Positions 11,670 to 23,658 of a stretch of DNA of 64,000 nt are shown piece by piece (within the stretch, counting starts at the first letter, position 1; each line of letters begins with the position of its first letter). Below the pieces are notes generated by a model. The model saw only the letters and a list, made by a program, of their open reading frames with translations, was not told the origin of the DNA and did not search any database. Both the position numbers and the translations under genes were made by a program. Origin of the DNA: Macrostomum lignano (lineage: Eukaryota); assembly GCA_002269645.1 (NCBI GenBank), contig NIVC01000019.1:124001-188000 (forward strand), in the 5' to 3' direction.

Positions 11670-13159
11670 TCGGCAAGCTGAAATAGGACGTTTGAAAATA
11701 CGCGTAAATTACAACTGCTACGGTGCAAGACTGACTGGCTTCAAGGTAAAACAGGTGCAACTGTAAGCTCGTTTTAACCACAATTAGAGCTTAGAAACGT
11801 TAGATAGATAGCCTATTTGATGCCCAAGCTATACTGTCATTTGTCTGAAGCTTCACGTCTGGCTCTATCTGAAATATTTTTGACAGCCTTTTTAAAAGAA
11901 AATTACCTAGTACTGTGGAGGTTCTACCACCGGAACCTCCCTTATGTAACTAAAATTCAATGCATAATAGCAAAAAATAAAGCAAAGAAGCATAGCAACT
12001 CCAAAAAAGCCAATGGCAAAAGTATATATTTAAATGCCCACTTTGACGCCACACAATCAGTAAAACGCAGCTGCTTGAACGAACAAACTTGCTAGACATG
12101 GAAGCTTCTCTAAAAAAGAAATGCTAGCTTTGAACGACAAAAACGGTGACCACAAAAAGAATAAATTTATATAAAAACTCTTATGAGAGGTTAATAACTA
12201 TACTTGACGAAACCTAATAGGACCCCAGACACAGAAATTATTTAGTGCCTTTAGACAGTTTTGCATTGCCACCAGCACAAGCTCTACTTGCTCAAGCTAA
12301 TTACGGCTCGAGGCGCAGCAGGCTGACGCGGCAGCCGCGCTTATCGCAGACTGCCAGGCGACTGCCGCCATCCCCGACCGGATCGTCGACCCAGCAAACG
12401 TCGGTCAGACGCTCCCAGTTACCGAACTCACACGTGTAGTTCAGCCTGCGCAGCGGATTTCGGTCCAGTCGACGAAAAGATTCATCGCGAAACTGCATCA
12501 ACTCGTAGCCATCGACGATGACGGCCAATGGCGAAAAGCCGCTGCCGCCAGACGGCAGGTAGGCGATCTCGGGCGTCCTGTCCGAGGCCAGGCACGCGTA
12601 GAATTCACTGTTCAGTATGAGACCACCTGACGGTTTGTGACAGTTGGCGAATTCAAAAGCGCGCGCAACGTAGCGACCGTCTTCATCGTCCACAACCACC
12701 AGATGGCCGGCCGACTCGCACCAGGCCATGCGGACCGGCTGCTCGAGGTCCAGATATTCACAGGTCTGCGTCACCACGCGAACGGCGCTGTAAGCGGAGT
12801 CGACAACAAGGATAAAAATGCCAACCAATGGGCAACAGATAAAGAGACAGCTGCCGTTGCTCACAGCCTGCTCAGGATTCTCAAGAAAGTACCTGAAAAT
12901 GAGAACATTTGATTGATCTTGTTTACGAGTAGAAACTTGCTTATATTATAGTTTGTCCGCTAACTAGAGCAAACTCTAATAATACCGACTATGGCTAGAA
13001 CACATGATAATAATCAACCACAGAAGGCTTGCACTACTACGGAGGCAGTGTAACTTTAGGTTCAGTTGGTTTGCAGGCGGCTTTTAGCACTGTGGCAAAT
13101 CAAAGCGAGTCAATCTACAGCCCATGACAAGATAAACATCCACGCCCATTTTGTTTAAC

Positions 13160-13392
13160 CACCCTGAGCACGCAGGTATGTGCTCACATAGGGAGCATAG
13201 CGACCCAGACTTTTTATCGTCAGGCATGTACAAACTCTGTGCCTTAGGGGTTTGGCCCAGATGTAAGACAATCGCACAATCCCCAAATCAATATTTTAGT
13301 GCACGGGGCCCAAATTAATGTGGTCGCGCACGCCATCAAACCTGGTGACTTTGGTGCGAGAGTCGGGCGCGTTACCGCTGAGCTGCTCTACT
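13160..13392 (-). mobile_element. tRNA-derived SINE (family A) in the intron of gene 5
   Basis: The reverse strand has a tRNA-like head (AGCTCAGCGG box A, degenerate box B) followed by cattaatttggg and gtacatgcc.gacgataaa, shared with the copy at 37880-38146. Confidence 0.6.
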
Positions 13393-13933
13393 ATTCCCCC
13401 AAGTGGAATCAGATCAGGAGTTCAGAAAACTTCAACATGTAAATCAAAGCAGATCCACAACAGCGTATTAGACATCACTGGCCAGCCTCACAACTGATCA
13501 AATGATGAAACTAGACCGGGAAACGTTTAAAAATGTTCAGAATTCTAACGCTCACCTAGCACTAACTTTAGGACCGATTTCCAACTCGCAGCGGTGCTTC
13601 GAATCGACACAAAGCACCATATCGTTACGTTTGTCAACAGTGATGAGCCAGTCGTTAGTTTTACACGAGCTAAGCCGATAGGCTTTCGTATGCTGCATTT
13701 CCACGCCATCAAAATCTGTGACTCGAAGCTGGCCGCGATACTTTCCGCTAACTGCATCGTACCTGTGAACAGAGTTCTTCTCCACAGTGTAGAATTTACC
13801 ATGAATACTGGCGATAGAATAAGGCGAATTCATAGTGCGAAACTGCTGCACATACAATTTGGCATCGTGATCGACTCTGTTAGGTGAACCTAAGGCTGTT
13901 GAGTAGCTAGAACCACTTGAATTAGGACTAAAC

Positions 13934-14136
13934 CCAGTAGCAGCCATGTTGCTTTGGTTCGTGTTAACCAAGGTGGTACGGGCAACTCCAGTAGCAGCAG
14001 CCAAGTTGCTTTGATTCGTGTTACCCAAGGTGATACGAGCAACTCCAGTAGCAGCAGTCATGTTGCTTTGGTTCGTGTTACTGACGATGGTACGGGCAAC
14101 TCCAGTAGCAGCAGCCATGTAGCTTTGGTTCGCGTT
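13934..14136 (-). repeat. 57-bp coding tandem repeat (19-aa unit NQSNMAAATGVARTTLVNT, ~3.5 copies)
   Basis: Period 57 (ccagtagc at 13988, 14045, 14102); in frame within the gene 5 linker. Confidence 0.85.
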
Positions 14137-15219
14137 CCCAACAGTGCTATGACAAACTTCAGTAGCGGACATGTTGCTTCGGTTAGCGCTATTTGCTTCA
14201 CAAACTGTGCTGCCAGCAGCTGTATAAACAGTATTGTAGTTAGAAGATCTTGAAGGCTCGACAGAGTTTTCCGATCCCACAGTGTCAGGTGTCCAGTCAA
14301 GCCGCAGACAATCCAAAAGATGGCTGACGCGCCTACCAGCTTCTGACAAGTCCAGGCCGATTCGCGGTGCACTGGACGATTTAGATGGAGCAGAAATTGT
14401 TTCGCTAAGCTGGCGGTACAGCTCGGACTGACGCCGCTCGAGCTCGCTGACGGTCTCTTCAAAGAAGCGCCTAGGCGGGCGCGCAGCAAGCGTAGCTGCT
14501 GCTGCTGCTCAACGTTGGATTGTTGCATCGGATGTACGCGAAGTTGGAGTCTGAGCGTGAGAAGCCACTTGGAAAAACGAAATAACTCTGTCCTTACCGG
14601 GCCAGCTGAAAGCAGCGGGAGAATGATATGATTAAAAAAGGATAAAATCGGCACTAAAACAGTGCAGTTCTATCAACATGCATAGTTTACCACGCAAAAC
14701 ACATCCAATAAGGACTAAGGCCTAAAATTGAAGGCCAAAATTCAATTCAATTCAGCTAAAGTAAAGGAAGACAAAATCTAAACTTAAATGTATTTTTTTT
14801 CAAATTTAAGTTACGTATTAAGCATTAAGTAATAAGTTAGTATTAAGTATTAACTTAGGTATTACTTTTCGAGCAGTAAATTTTAGTTACAGATTTTAGT
14901 TACATCAAAAAAGTCAAAAAGAACATGACTTATACCAATTAAGATTGCTCAGAAGATGTAAAGCTGCTGCATGAGCATTATATTTTCTCCTTTTATTAAT
15001 CATACTTGATCGATACAACTACTGAATTCTGTAGAAAATATGATAGCTAAAGAGGAATGTATGAAAACCGAAAAATATAGGCATGCAATAAAAATATGTC
15101 TCAGAAATATGATACGTGCTAAATCAGCAGTATACTTGATCCGCTGTACAAACGGAACAAAACAAACGGAATTCTAATCAAAGCAGTTTGATTTCGGGTT
15201 TAAGCAGTGTTGCTAAAAT

Positions 15220-17073
15220 TTAACAGGTGTTCAGTAATCGAATCCATCTAGTTTTCTTATCGCAAACTGCAACGCGGAATTCGTCAACAACGCAAATGTC
15301 CGTGATATGCCCCCAGTTGGCGGGCTTGCTAAAACTGTACAACTCATGGCACTGGGGGTCATACAAACACTCCCGATCGAAGGCTCCTACGTATGTTTTA
15401 TTGTGAGTGAAAACAACTCTATCGGAGTCAGGTAGGCAGACGAATTCTGGCACATAATCCGACTGAATACTCATACAATGATCGCTGGCCTTGGCAAGGC
15501 CGCCAGCAAAAGACGACCCAGTGACCTCCAATGCGTGAAAAGTGTAAGAGGCAGAATGACCTTCGTCGTTTATAACTATTAATCGATTGGTTGCGAGACT
15601 CCAAGCTATGCAAATAGGCTGCGACAAGCCAATGTGCTCAATTGTTTGCGTCACGCTCCTGTTGTCGCTGAATCTTACAATAAAAATAGCCTGCTCAGGA
15701 CAGCAGATAAACAAATGACTGCCGTTGCTGACAGCCTCGACTGGACCTTGAAGTCTGTACCTGTAAATGTGTAGAAAATTATAAAGATGTTTGTAAATTG
15801 CATTGAAATTGTATAATGCACGAGAATCGTAGAATCGTGAATACTCGCACGCTTGCTATAGGCCTACTTACTTGGCACTAATACGAGGCCCCGCCTGAAA
15901 CCGGACAACACCATCCGAGTCAACACACAGGACTCGATCATTTTCGCACTCAATAATCAATAACCAATCGTTTTCAGTGCAACGTCGAACGTACAGAGGT
16001 CGATAATCGACAGGATTACATTCATCATCAGTTAAGGCCAGTTTGCCCAAACAGCGCCCGTCCTGACAGCGGTATTTTCGAATGCAGCCGCCCTCAACTG
16101 TATAGAATTTGTCATGCACGTAGGTGACAGACTTCGGCGCACCAACAGTGCGACAGTCTTTTATCTCACGAAAGCTGGACGTATCGGAAGAATCAGACGA
16201 AGGAGAGTCGGATATGCTCGGTGGGCGGTCGTCTGCATCGAAACTTGCGTCATGCTGCAAATATGATAAGCCATTAGCACCTGCTGGTTGGATGCTCAAA
16301 GGCTGTGTTGCGCTTAGCGGCGGAAACATATCGATAGCAGAGACACTACTGGAATGCGTTGGAGTGTGATCTAATCTATAAGGATTAGGTGTTTCGGCAC
16401 TGGGCGATTGACTGCCAGTTGCGTCGCAAGCTTTGAGACTGTTGGAAGGCGTCAGGACATGCGAGAAGTCGATTGAGCCGCTTGAAGCAAACTCTCCGTA
16501 GGCGGACTCTGTCGTAGGCGGCTCAGAAACCGTTGCCGACGACGCACCTGCAGCGAATGGATTGTCGGCCCGACGTTGCCGCACCCAATCGGCATCTTCG
16601 CCGTCGCCATCATCATGACAGCTCGAGTTTAACCGAAGACAGGACAGTAAACGGCGAGTCCGACGTTCAGCCTCGGCGAGGTCGATGCCAGGTTGCTCTC
16701 GCAAGGCGATGGCATCATCCAGGCGCCGCAGAAGGTCGACGGAGGCGGCCTCCGAACAGACTGCTGAGGTCGCTTTGGCAGCTTCTGTCAGCAGCGTTTG
16801 TTCCTTCCCAGTATTTACCGCCGCCGCTGCAGCTAACCGACGGTCGAGAGCTGCCTTCAGTTCTGTCCTGCGCCGCTCGAACCTTCGCAGCGTCTCATCG
16901 AAGTATGCGTCTAACTGAGTGCGCAGCTGTCGAGTCTGTGTCTCAGCTGCGCTAATCTGGTGTAAATTTTCGTATTCGGCTGCAGATTCGGCCGCGCTCA
17001 GCAAACGCTTCAGTTGTGTCGCTTTGACTCGAATCAAGTCAACATTAGCGCTTGCCTTTTCCGTGTTGAGCAT
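15220..17073 (-). CDS. Array gene 6: coiled-coil + DNPF + Ser/Pro linker + NHL-like propeller (580 aa); exons 17073-15872 and 15760-15220
   Basis: ATG at 17073 follows acceptor ttttttcag (17100). Phase-2 intron 15761-15871 (AA|GTAAGT...tttacag) joins GPRISA-K-YRLQGPVEAVSNG; 1202+541 nt closes the frame. Confidence 0.88.
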
Positions 17074-17704
17074 TCTTTTTTTCTTTGGTGTAATTGTGCC
17101 TGAAAAAAGGTATGAGTAGACACGAAATGTTGTTTTTGATACACAAAAGCACAATTAAACGACCCAACAGCCATCCTACGAATCGTATATAGCTGCTTTT
17201 TAGAATTACTAGGCCAACTAATTTTGTACAATCTGATATTAATCGCTATTATTCATAATATAATAATATTCGTTCCCTAGTGACTCAGTGAGAAATCAAT
17301 CGAACTATATAGACGGAAACTTGCTAATAAATACTTTAAGTGAAATGCAAAACTGCTTCCACGAACTCGAGACAGTCAAAGAAAGATATAATCGCATTTA
17401 AACATAGAAGAAAATAAATAGACCGCATAAAATAATAATTTTTAACATCAAATAATTCTGACAAAGCAAACGGCCACCTGTAAATACAAGCTATGAGCTA
17501 CATAAGTAAATTGCAAAAGCTGCAGCTAGCCAGAAAAGTCAAGCTTGGCACAAAAATACATTAATAAATTGCTAATACATTGGCAAAAATAGAAAAAAAA
17601 CTTTACCGGATTGCTGTTACGATTATAATGACAAGCGAAGTTAAAGTATTAAACTGACAATAGGGAGAAATACTTTGAATGAAATGCACAAACTACCATA
17701 TATG

Positions 17705-18233
17705 CTCAGCAACACTCAAAAGTTCCACCCTCCAAGCAAAATGAAAATTTTCTCACTTATTGCGGCAACTTCTCACCCACAATTCAATCCTCCAATTACG
17801 CAACTAAGCCGCCGCGAGGAAGGGAAATTTGATTGAATCAATAATAAACGTCAGTCGCACAAAATCATAACAGTTTATTTTTCATGCAAAATGCAGTTAG
17901 AATCGAGATACTTAATAAGGCATGTGGGATCCCCTAGCACGCAGAATCTGCGGGGCATCCCCAGGATGAGGCGGCGCAGAAAGTCCTGGGGAAGACATGC
18001 TCTATGATGGATTCTTGTCTGGGGACCGAGAAGGCCAGCGCAGAGTGCGCAACTGTTCTTTCAGTTGATTAACAGCATCAGCTCGATGTGGCGGCTTTTG
18101 TTTTGTACCATTAAACAGACCCCAGCCACCCCAAGGTGGCAATAAGCTTCGCGCGTGCCGTAAGCTGCGTCACTTGCAATAAGTGAGAAAAATTCATCTC
18201 GCTTGGAGGGTGGAAATTTTGACTGTTGCTCAG
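17705..18233. mobile_element. MITE with ~60-bp terminal inverted repeats, probably TA-targeting (Tc1/mariner-type)
   Basis: ctcagcaacactcaaaagttccaccctccaagc...tctcacttattgc (17705-17763) is the reverse complement of gcaataagtgaga...gcttggagggtggaaattttgactgttgctcag (to 18233). TA on the right, TG on the left. Confidence 0.7.
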
Positions 18234-18317
18234 TACATATCTACGAAAAATTTCTCACAATGAACAACTCAAAAGTACTAAGCGGTTATCTGCCACTCAG
18301 GTCACTTAAAAAGCATT

Positions 18318-21300
18318 TCATTTCATACTTAGTACGCGAATCCATCGAGTCTTCTTGTCGCACACAGCCACCAGACCCTCGCATACGACACAGATACCGG
18401 AGAGCAGCTGTGACTGGACAAATCTGCACGTAGAATCGCTATCGCCTGGGGGATTGTAGAATATCTCACTGCCGAATAGGGTGACTTTAGAGTCGTTAGA
18501 AGTGTAAACAACTTTATCAGACTCAGGAAAGCAAACAAGATCCGGCTCGTTGTAAGAATCCAATTTCAAATATGAAATATTGGCCTTTGAAAGACCACCA
18601 ATTCCACCACCAGTGACGTCAAACACATCCACAGTGTATGAGCCATTGTCTTTGTTGTCCATTACAATCAACCGACTGGTCACCTCACTCCAGGCAAGGC
18701 GAATGGGCCTGGTTAAGCCGAGATGCTCCTTGGTCTGCGTCACAGCCCTGCCGTCACTGATTCGTACAAAGAAAATGGCTTGTTCAGGACAGCAAATGAA
18801 CAGATGAGTGCCGCTGCTCACCGCTTGTACAGGGTCTTCTAGTGAGTACCTGAAAAGTAAGAATTACTTTGATATATAGATAAAGAATGTTTAATAAGAG
18901 TGCACGTGGCAATGATAACAAAAGCGAAATGATTCAACGAAGCTAAAACTTACTTCGCACTGATACGAGGTCCGAATATTCGCTCCGCAGTGCCGAATAT
19001 ATTGACGCAAACGACACAACAATTTTCCTTGTCGACAATCAGCAGCCAGTCATTGGTAGCGCAGCTGTGAAGGGAAAATGGCCGAATATGCTCCATAGGT
19101 TCTCCATCCTCGTCAACCAGTGCTAGTTTTCCCATGCAGCGACTATCTTGCCAACTGTATTTACGAATACAGCCGCCTTCTACTGTGTAGAATCTGTTGT
19201 GCACAAATGCGATGGACTTCGGTGCACCAATAGTATGACAGTCGCTCATATCGAATAACCCAGACGATAGACTTGACGATTCCGTATCAGAAGCATCAGC
19301 ACTATAAAGCTTGTCTCCCGTGTTATGGAGGCTGGACGATTCGCAGCTACCTGAATTCGATTTATAATTAAGTCTATCAAAATCATAATTAAATGAAGAT
19401 GGCTCTGCTGAGCATGGCCTCTGATTGGTGTGCGTGGAACTTGTGACGGAACTGTCACCAGCAATAGCATCATTCGCCAATGGAGTCACAGACGCTGAAA
19501 TTGTATGTTTGCTACGGTCGGAATCTTTAGAGCGAAGATTGCCAGTGGAATTAGTAGACTTGGCGTATAACACGTAGATCTTTCTAGCCTTGTGGTCGCA
19601 CACGGCCAAACGATCTTCGTCAATGACGCATATGTCTGAGAGGCGCTTCCACTCGTCGAACTTGCACAGCATTGTGGCCATTTTTATGGGTATATTAAAC
19701 GAATCGTAGTAAAACTGCATCAATTCAGTGCCGTAAGAAGTGTAAACAACTCTGCCACACTTGGCTAAGCAAACAATCTCAGGGTAGTAGTTGGAATCCA
19801 ATTTCAAATTAGAGACGTTGACTTTTGAAAGACCAATTCCACCACCAGTGACGTCAAACATATCCACATTGAATGAGCCATCGTCTTTTTCATCTATTAC
19901 AATCAACTGGCTGGTCATCTGACTCCAGGCAAGGCGAATGGGCCTGGTTAAGCCGAGATGCTCTTTGGTCTGCGTCACAGCCCTACCGTCACTGATTCGT
20001 ACAAAGAAAATGGCTTGTTCAGGACAGCAAATGTACAGATGAGTACCGCTGCTCACCGCTTGTACCGGGTCTTCTAGTGAGTACCTAGAGTGAATTAATA
20101 CGAAGTAGAAAAGGCATTTTTATATTCTAAGGCTTGAACTGAGACAAGTGAACAATATGAACGCAGGCAAGAAAACAAACACATTGTTGAATTTTCTGAA
20201 CTTCAATAACTAAGTTAGATCAACATACTTATTTTAGTGCTTTTGATTATGTGAAAAACTAAAGTTAAAATACGGAATAAGACTATGTTAGAATCCTAGG
20301 TTATATGAATTAAAGCAAATGATGTACTTAGCAATAACTCGTGGTCCAAATTCGAATCTGACAATTCGCATGAATCGACACAAACAACACGACAATTAAC
20401 CATGTCGACGATCAACAACCAATCGTTGGTGTCGCAGCTTCGAACAGAATAGGGAGTAACATCTACAGACTCATCGTCTTCGTTAGTCAAGTTTAGCTTG
20501 CCTAGACAGCGGAAATCCTGCAAGCGGTATTTTCGAATGCAGTCGCCCTCCACTGTATAAAAAGACACCGGAGCACTGACAGTATCGAAATGAGCCAATT
20601 TCTCACAGAAGTGTAATGATTCCGAGGACGGAAAATCAGAATTAGAAGAACTGCTTGGTTTGAACTCCACAGCTGCCTCTTGGTAATCAAAGTTGTCAGG
20701 CATATCCTGATAACTTGTAGATCCAATACACTTTAAGTTGATTTTGGAATCAACCATCTCTTTTCTATCAGCCGAATCAATAGAATGTGCACTTCTATAA
20801 TAACTAGCCTCTTCGGAGATATTTTCCGAATTCTTTTTTAATGATGAAAACTCACATGGACCAAAGCCAGTAATAGTCTTTGTCGAATCGTAAGAATTCT
20901 CAGCTGAGGCTGCCTGCGGGCCGCTATCGTTCATTTTATTGGTTAAAGGCTTACAAACATCAGATGCACCTGACACTCCACTGCCGGAAATGTTTTCAGG
21001 GCCACTCCATGGCGATAGAACACGTGAGAAGTTGATTGAGCCGCTTGACGCGAGCTGTCCGTAGGCCGATTCTTGCGCAGGCTCAGAAACCGTTGCTGGC
21101 GACACACCCGCAGCAAACGGATCGTCGGCCCGACGTTGCCGCACCCAGTCAGCATCTTCCTCGTCACAGCCATCTTGATGGCTCCAGTCAAACGTCAGAC
21201 AGGCCAGTAAACGACGAGTGCGACGTTCCGCCTCGGCGATGTCGATGCCGGAACCATCGTCACCATCGACGCTGGGTCGCTCGCGCAGGGCGATGGCTTC

Positions 21301-21654
21301 GTCTAAGCGTCGCATAAGATCGACCGAGGCGGCATCAGATGAGCCTGCTGATAAAAAAGCATTCGCTTCAGCTAGCAACGTATGTTGCGCTCCGTCACCT
21401 GCAGCAGCAGCAACCACTAATCTCCGCTCGAGAGCTGCCTGCAATTGCGCCTGGCGCTGTCCCAGCTTTCGCAACGTCTCGTCGAAGAAAGCATCTAATC
21501 TAATCCGCAACTTTTGAGTCGCATCTTTTACAGCACTTATATTATCGGCATCACTTTTTGCAACAGACTCAGATGCACCAAGCAGACGTTTCAGTTTAGT
21601 GGCCTTGGCTCGAATTAATTCGACCTCTGTGTCAGATGATTTATTGATAGGCAT
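18318..21654 (-). CDS. Array gene 7: coiled-coil + DDPF + two tandem propellers (~996 aa if the 1-bp deletion at ~20368 is corrected); exons 21654-20328, 20084-18954 and 18849-18318
   Basis: Restoring one base turns DSCELSDSNL.. into DSC(G)IVRFEFGPRVIAK, ending at a phase-2 donor at 20327. Exons 2 and 3 both start with g|TACTCACTAGAAGAC (YSLEDPVQAVSSG). Intron 18850-18953 is AA|GTAAGT...ttttcag. Confidence 0.72.
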
Positions 21655-22180
21655 CCAGCAGATAGTTGTAGCAGAGGTCACTGCAAAAGCAATTTAGCAA
21701 AATAATTATGACAATATGGAAGTGGCTTATCAGAGATCTACCGGATCCCACTATTGAAGTGGCTATGGATGCAAAATCATAAAAAATTCTATATCTCTAA
21801 AGTTTCACTCACTCTCAGTAGATACTTCCAATATAGGGGTTTAAGTAAGATCCATATTTTTCATTATTACCCATTGAGGGAGGTGTAGGAATCTAGGATT
21901 TTTAGGATTATACACGCAATGCGTGTGTATGAGTACAAGACGTGAGTAATAGACGTGGGATCTGACAGCGATACCGCCTTTCAATCAGACTTTACACTTC
22001 TGAGAGCCTAATTTCCAGATATAATTTGATATGGCTAAATAATATTTGGTTGTTTACAACTAAAAAAGTACAAACTTTCACAATACTTTTGAAAACAATC
22101 AGCGGAACATTTCTTTAAAAGTATATTACGTTATTGAAATAAATTGGCTTCAAATAAATACATGTACGACTACTATAAAA

Positions 22181-22414
22181 GGCCTTTTCATATTGCTTGT
22201 TCTGGTTCCAGAACCAGAACCAATTTGTAAAGTATAACTTTTTGTCTCCATAACTAGAGGGAGATACGTGCTATAAAGTTTTTATTATTGAACGACAGTC
22301 GCCAAGAAGAAAGTGAAAAATTGTGCTGAGGTTGTTAAGGCAGTCAAACATTCAACAACATTAATTAGTTATACTGCTGTTTTTCTGATTCTGGAATTGG
22401 TAATATGAAAAGCC
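22181..22414. mobile_element. MITE family B, copy 1 (TIR ggccttttcatatt), Harbinger-like
   Basis: TIR at 22181 and aatatgaaaagcc at 22414. The interior is the reverse complement of 63121-63378. Confidence 0.75.
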
Positions 22415-22699
22415 TCAAAGTTAAATCTGAACAGTAACAGAATTCAGTTAATGTTAAAAGGTGAAAGTACATATAACAATCTATAGAATTCAAAGCGTTG
22501 AAAATCAGAACATAAAACAATATTTAATACAATTTGATTAAGACTGAAGACCGTTTACAAACATTTCCAAACTAATTTGGAATTAGTAACACGGATATAA
22601 AAAATTCAATCCCTATTTCAGTATTGAATAATATTTTTTTATGAAAGATTCGTCAACGCCATATCATTTTGTAATGAGTTAAGGACATGATATAACTTA

Positions 22700-23480
22700 A
22701 CACTTTACGCTTGTAACTAATTACTTCAACAGATGAGAATAGCTCAGAGGAGATTTTTAATTCCTGGCAGCTGGCGTTAAAAACGTTACGGTGGCAACAT
22801 TTGAGAAAAAGCAAACAACTTTCTAGTGACCTTGAAGCGACTCTGGGGTAACGACTCTTGGGACTTTTAACGACTTCTGAAAGAGACTTTACCAACAGAG
22901 GCGACTGTGGCGTGACGAGCCAATCACGCGAATTGTAGAATCAAAAGAGTCGCTAAAAAGTCGTTCAAGAGTTATTATGTCGTAAAACTTTTTACGAGTA
23001 CTAACTCAAGTAGACTAAATCGAGTTTAATAGGTTGCAATTAGTATTTACTACGTGTTTCTCTACTTATGCATTTTGATCCAGGAGCTTTCCTAATAATA
23101 TTTTTTATGGTTTATATTGATTGGCTGGCTGAGCTGGAGAAACTCAAATACGACTCTACGGCCCCAGAGTTGTTATACATGTAGAAGCGTCCCAGAGTCA
23201 TTTGCGTCGCCCTAGAGTCGTTTCAGAGTCGCTGACAATAAAACGCCTCAAAATCACTCTTAAGCGACTCCTTGATGACTTTTTGGCGACTTGTACCGTG
23301 ACATCTCGTTGCTTTAGAGTGGTCGAGTCCCTTTTTCTAATTTCCTGTTACTTCCAACGACTCTGGGGACGATCCTTGGCCTATTACCGTTTTCATCGTT
23401 ACTTAACCTGTTTTCTGTTTTGCAGAGTACTGATATGTAACTTTCTCTAGTCCTCAGAGTCCTCGTTAAAAGAACTTGTC
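22700..23480. repeat. Dispersed AGTCG/CGACT-rich repeat (unclassified non-autonomous element)
   Basis: Dense gagtcg/cgactc motifs. aaaagtcgttcaaga (~22956-22970) is the exact reverse complement of 55549-55563. Related pieces at 37640-37780 and 38190-38330. Confidence 0.45.
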
Positions 23481-23658
23481 TAGATAAAACGAGTCACTGG
23501 CTTTACTGAAACAGGCTAGGCACAGAGAAGTTTGAATTTATCGGCCTTTTGACTGTTAAATGATCAAATTTCTTAATCTTCAAAGCTCACAAAAACAGTA
23601 AAACTTGACCTACTAAGCGACAGGCATGACGGCAAAAAAATAAAACAATTTAAAACGT

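Larger units (their letters stand above)
12301..14654 (-). pseudogene. Array gene 5: coiled-coil + 19-aa repeat linker + propeller, with an apparent 1-bp deletion at ~14468 (pseudogene or assembly error); last exon 12892-12301
   Basis: Frame A gives QQQQLRLLRARLG and frame C continues FFEETVSELERRQSEL (family motif); one base is missing at ggc gc ttc. Phase-2 intron 12893-13555 (AG|GTGAGC...ttttcag) joins GPKVSA-R-YFLENPEQAVSNG. Confidence 0.75.
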
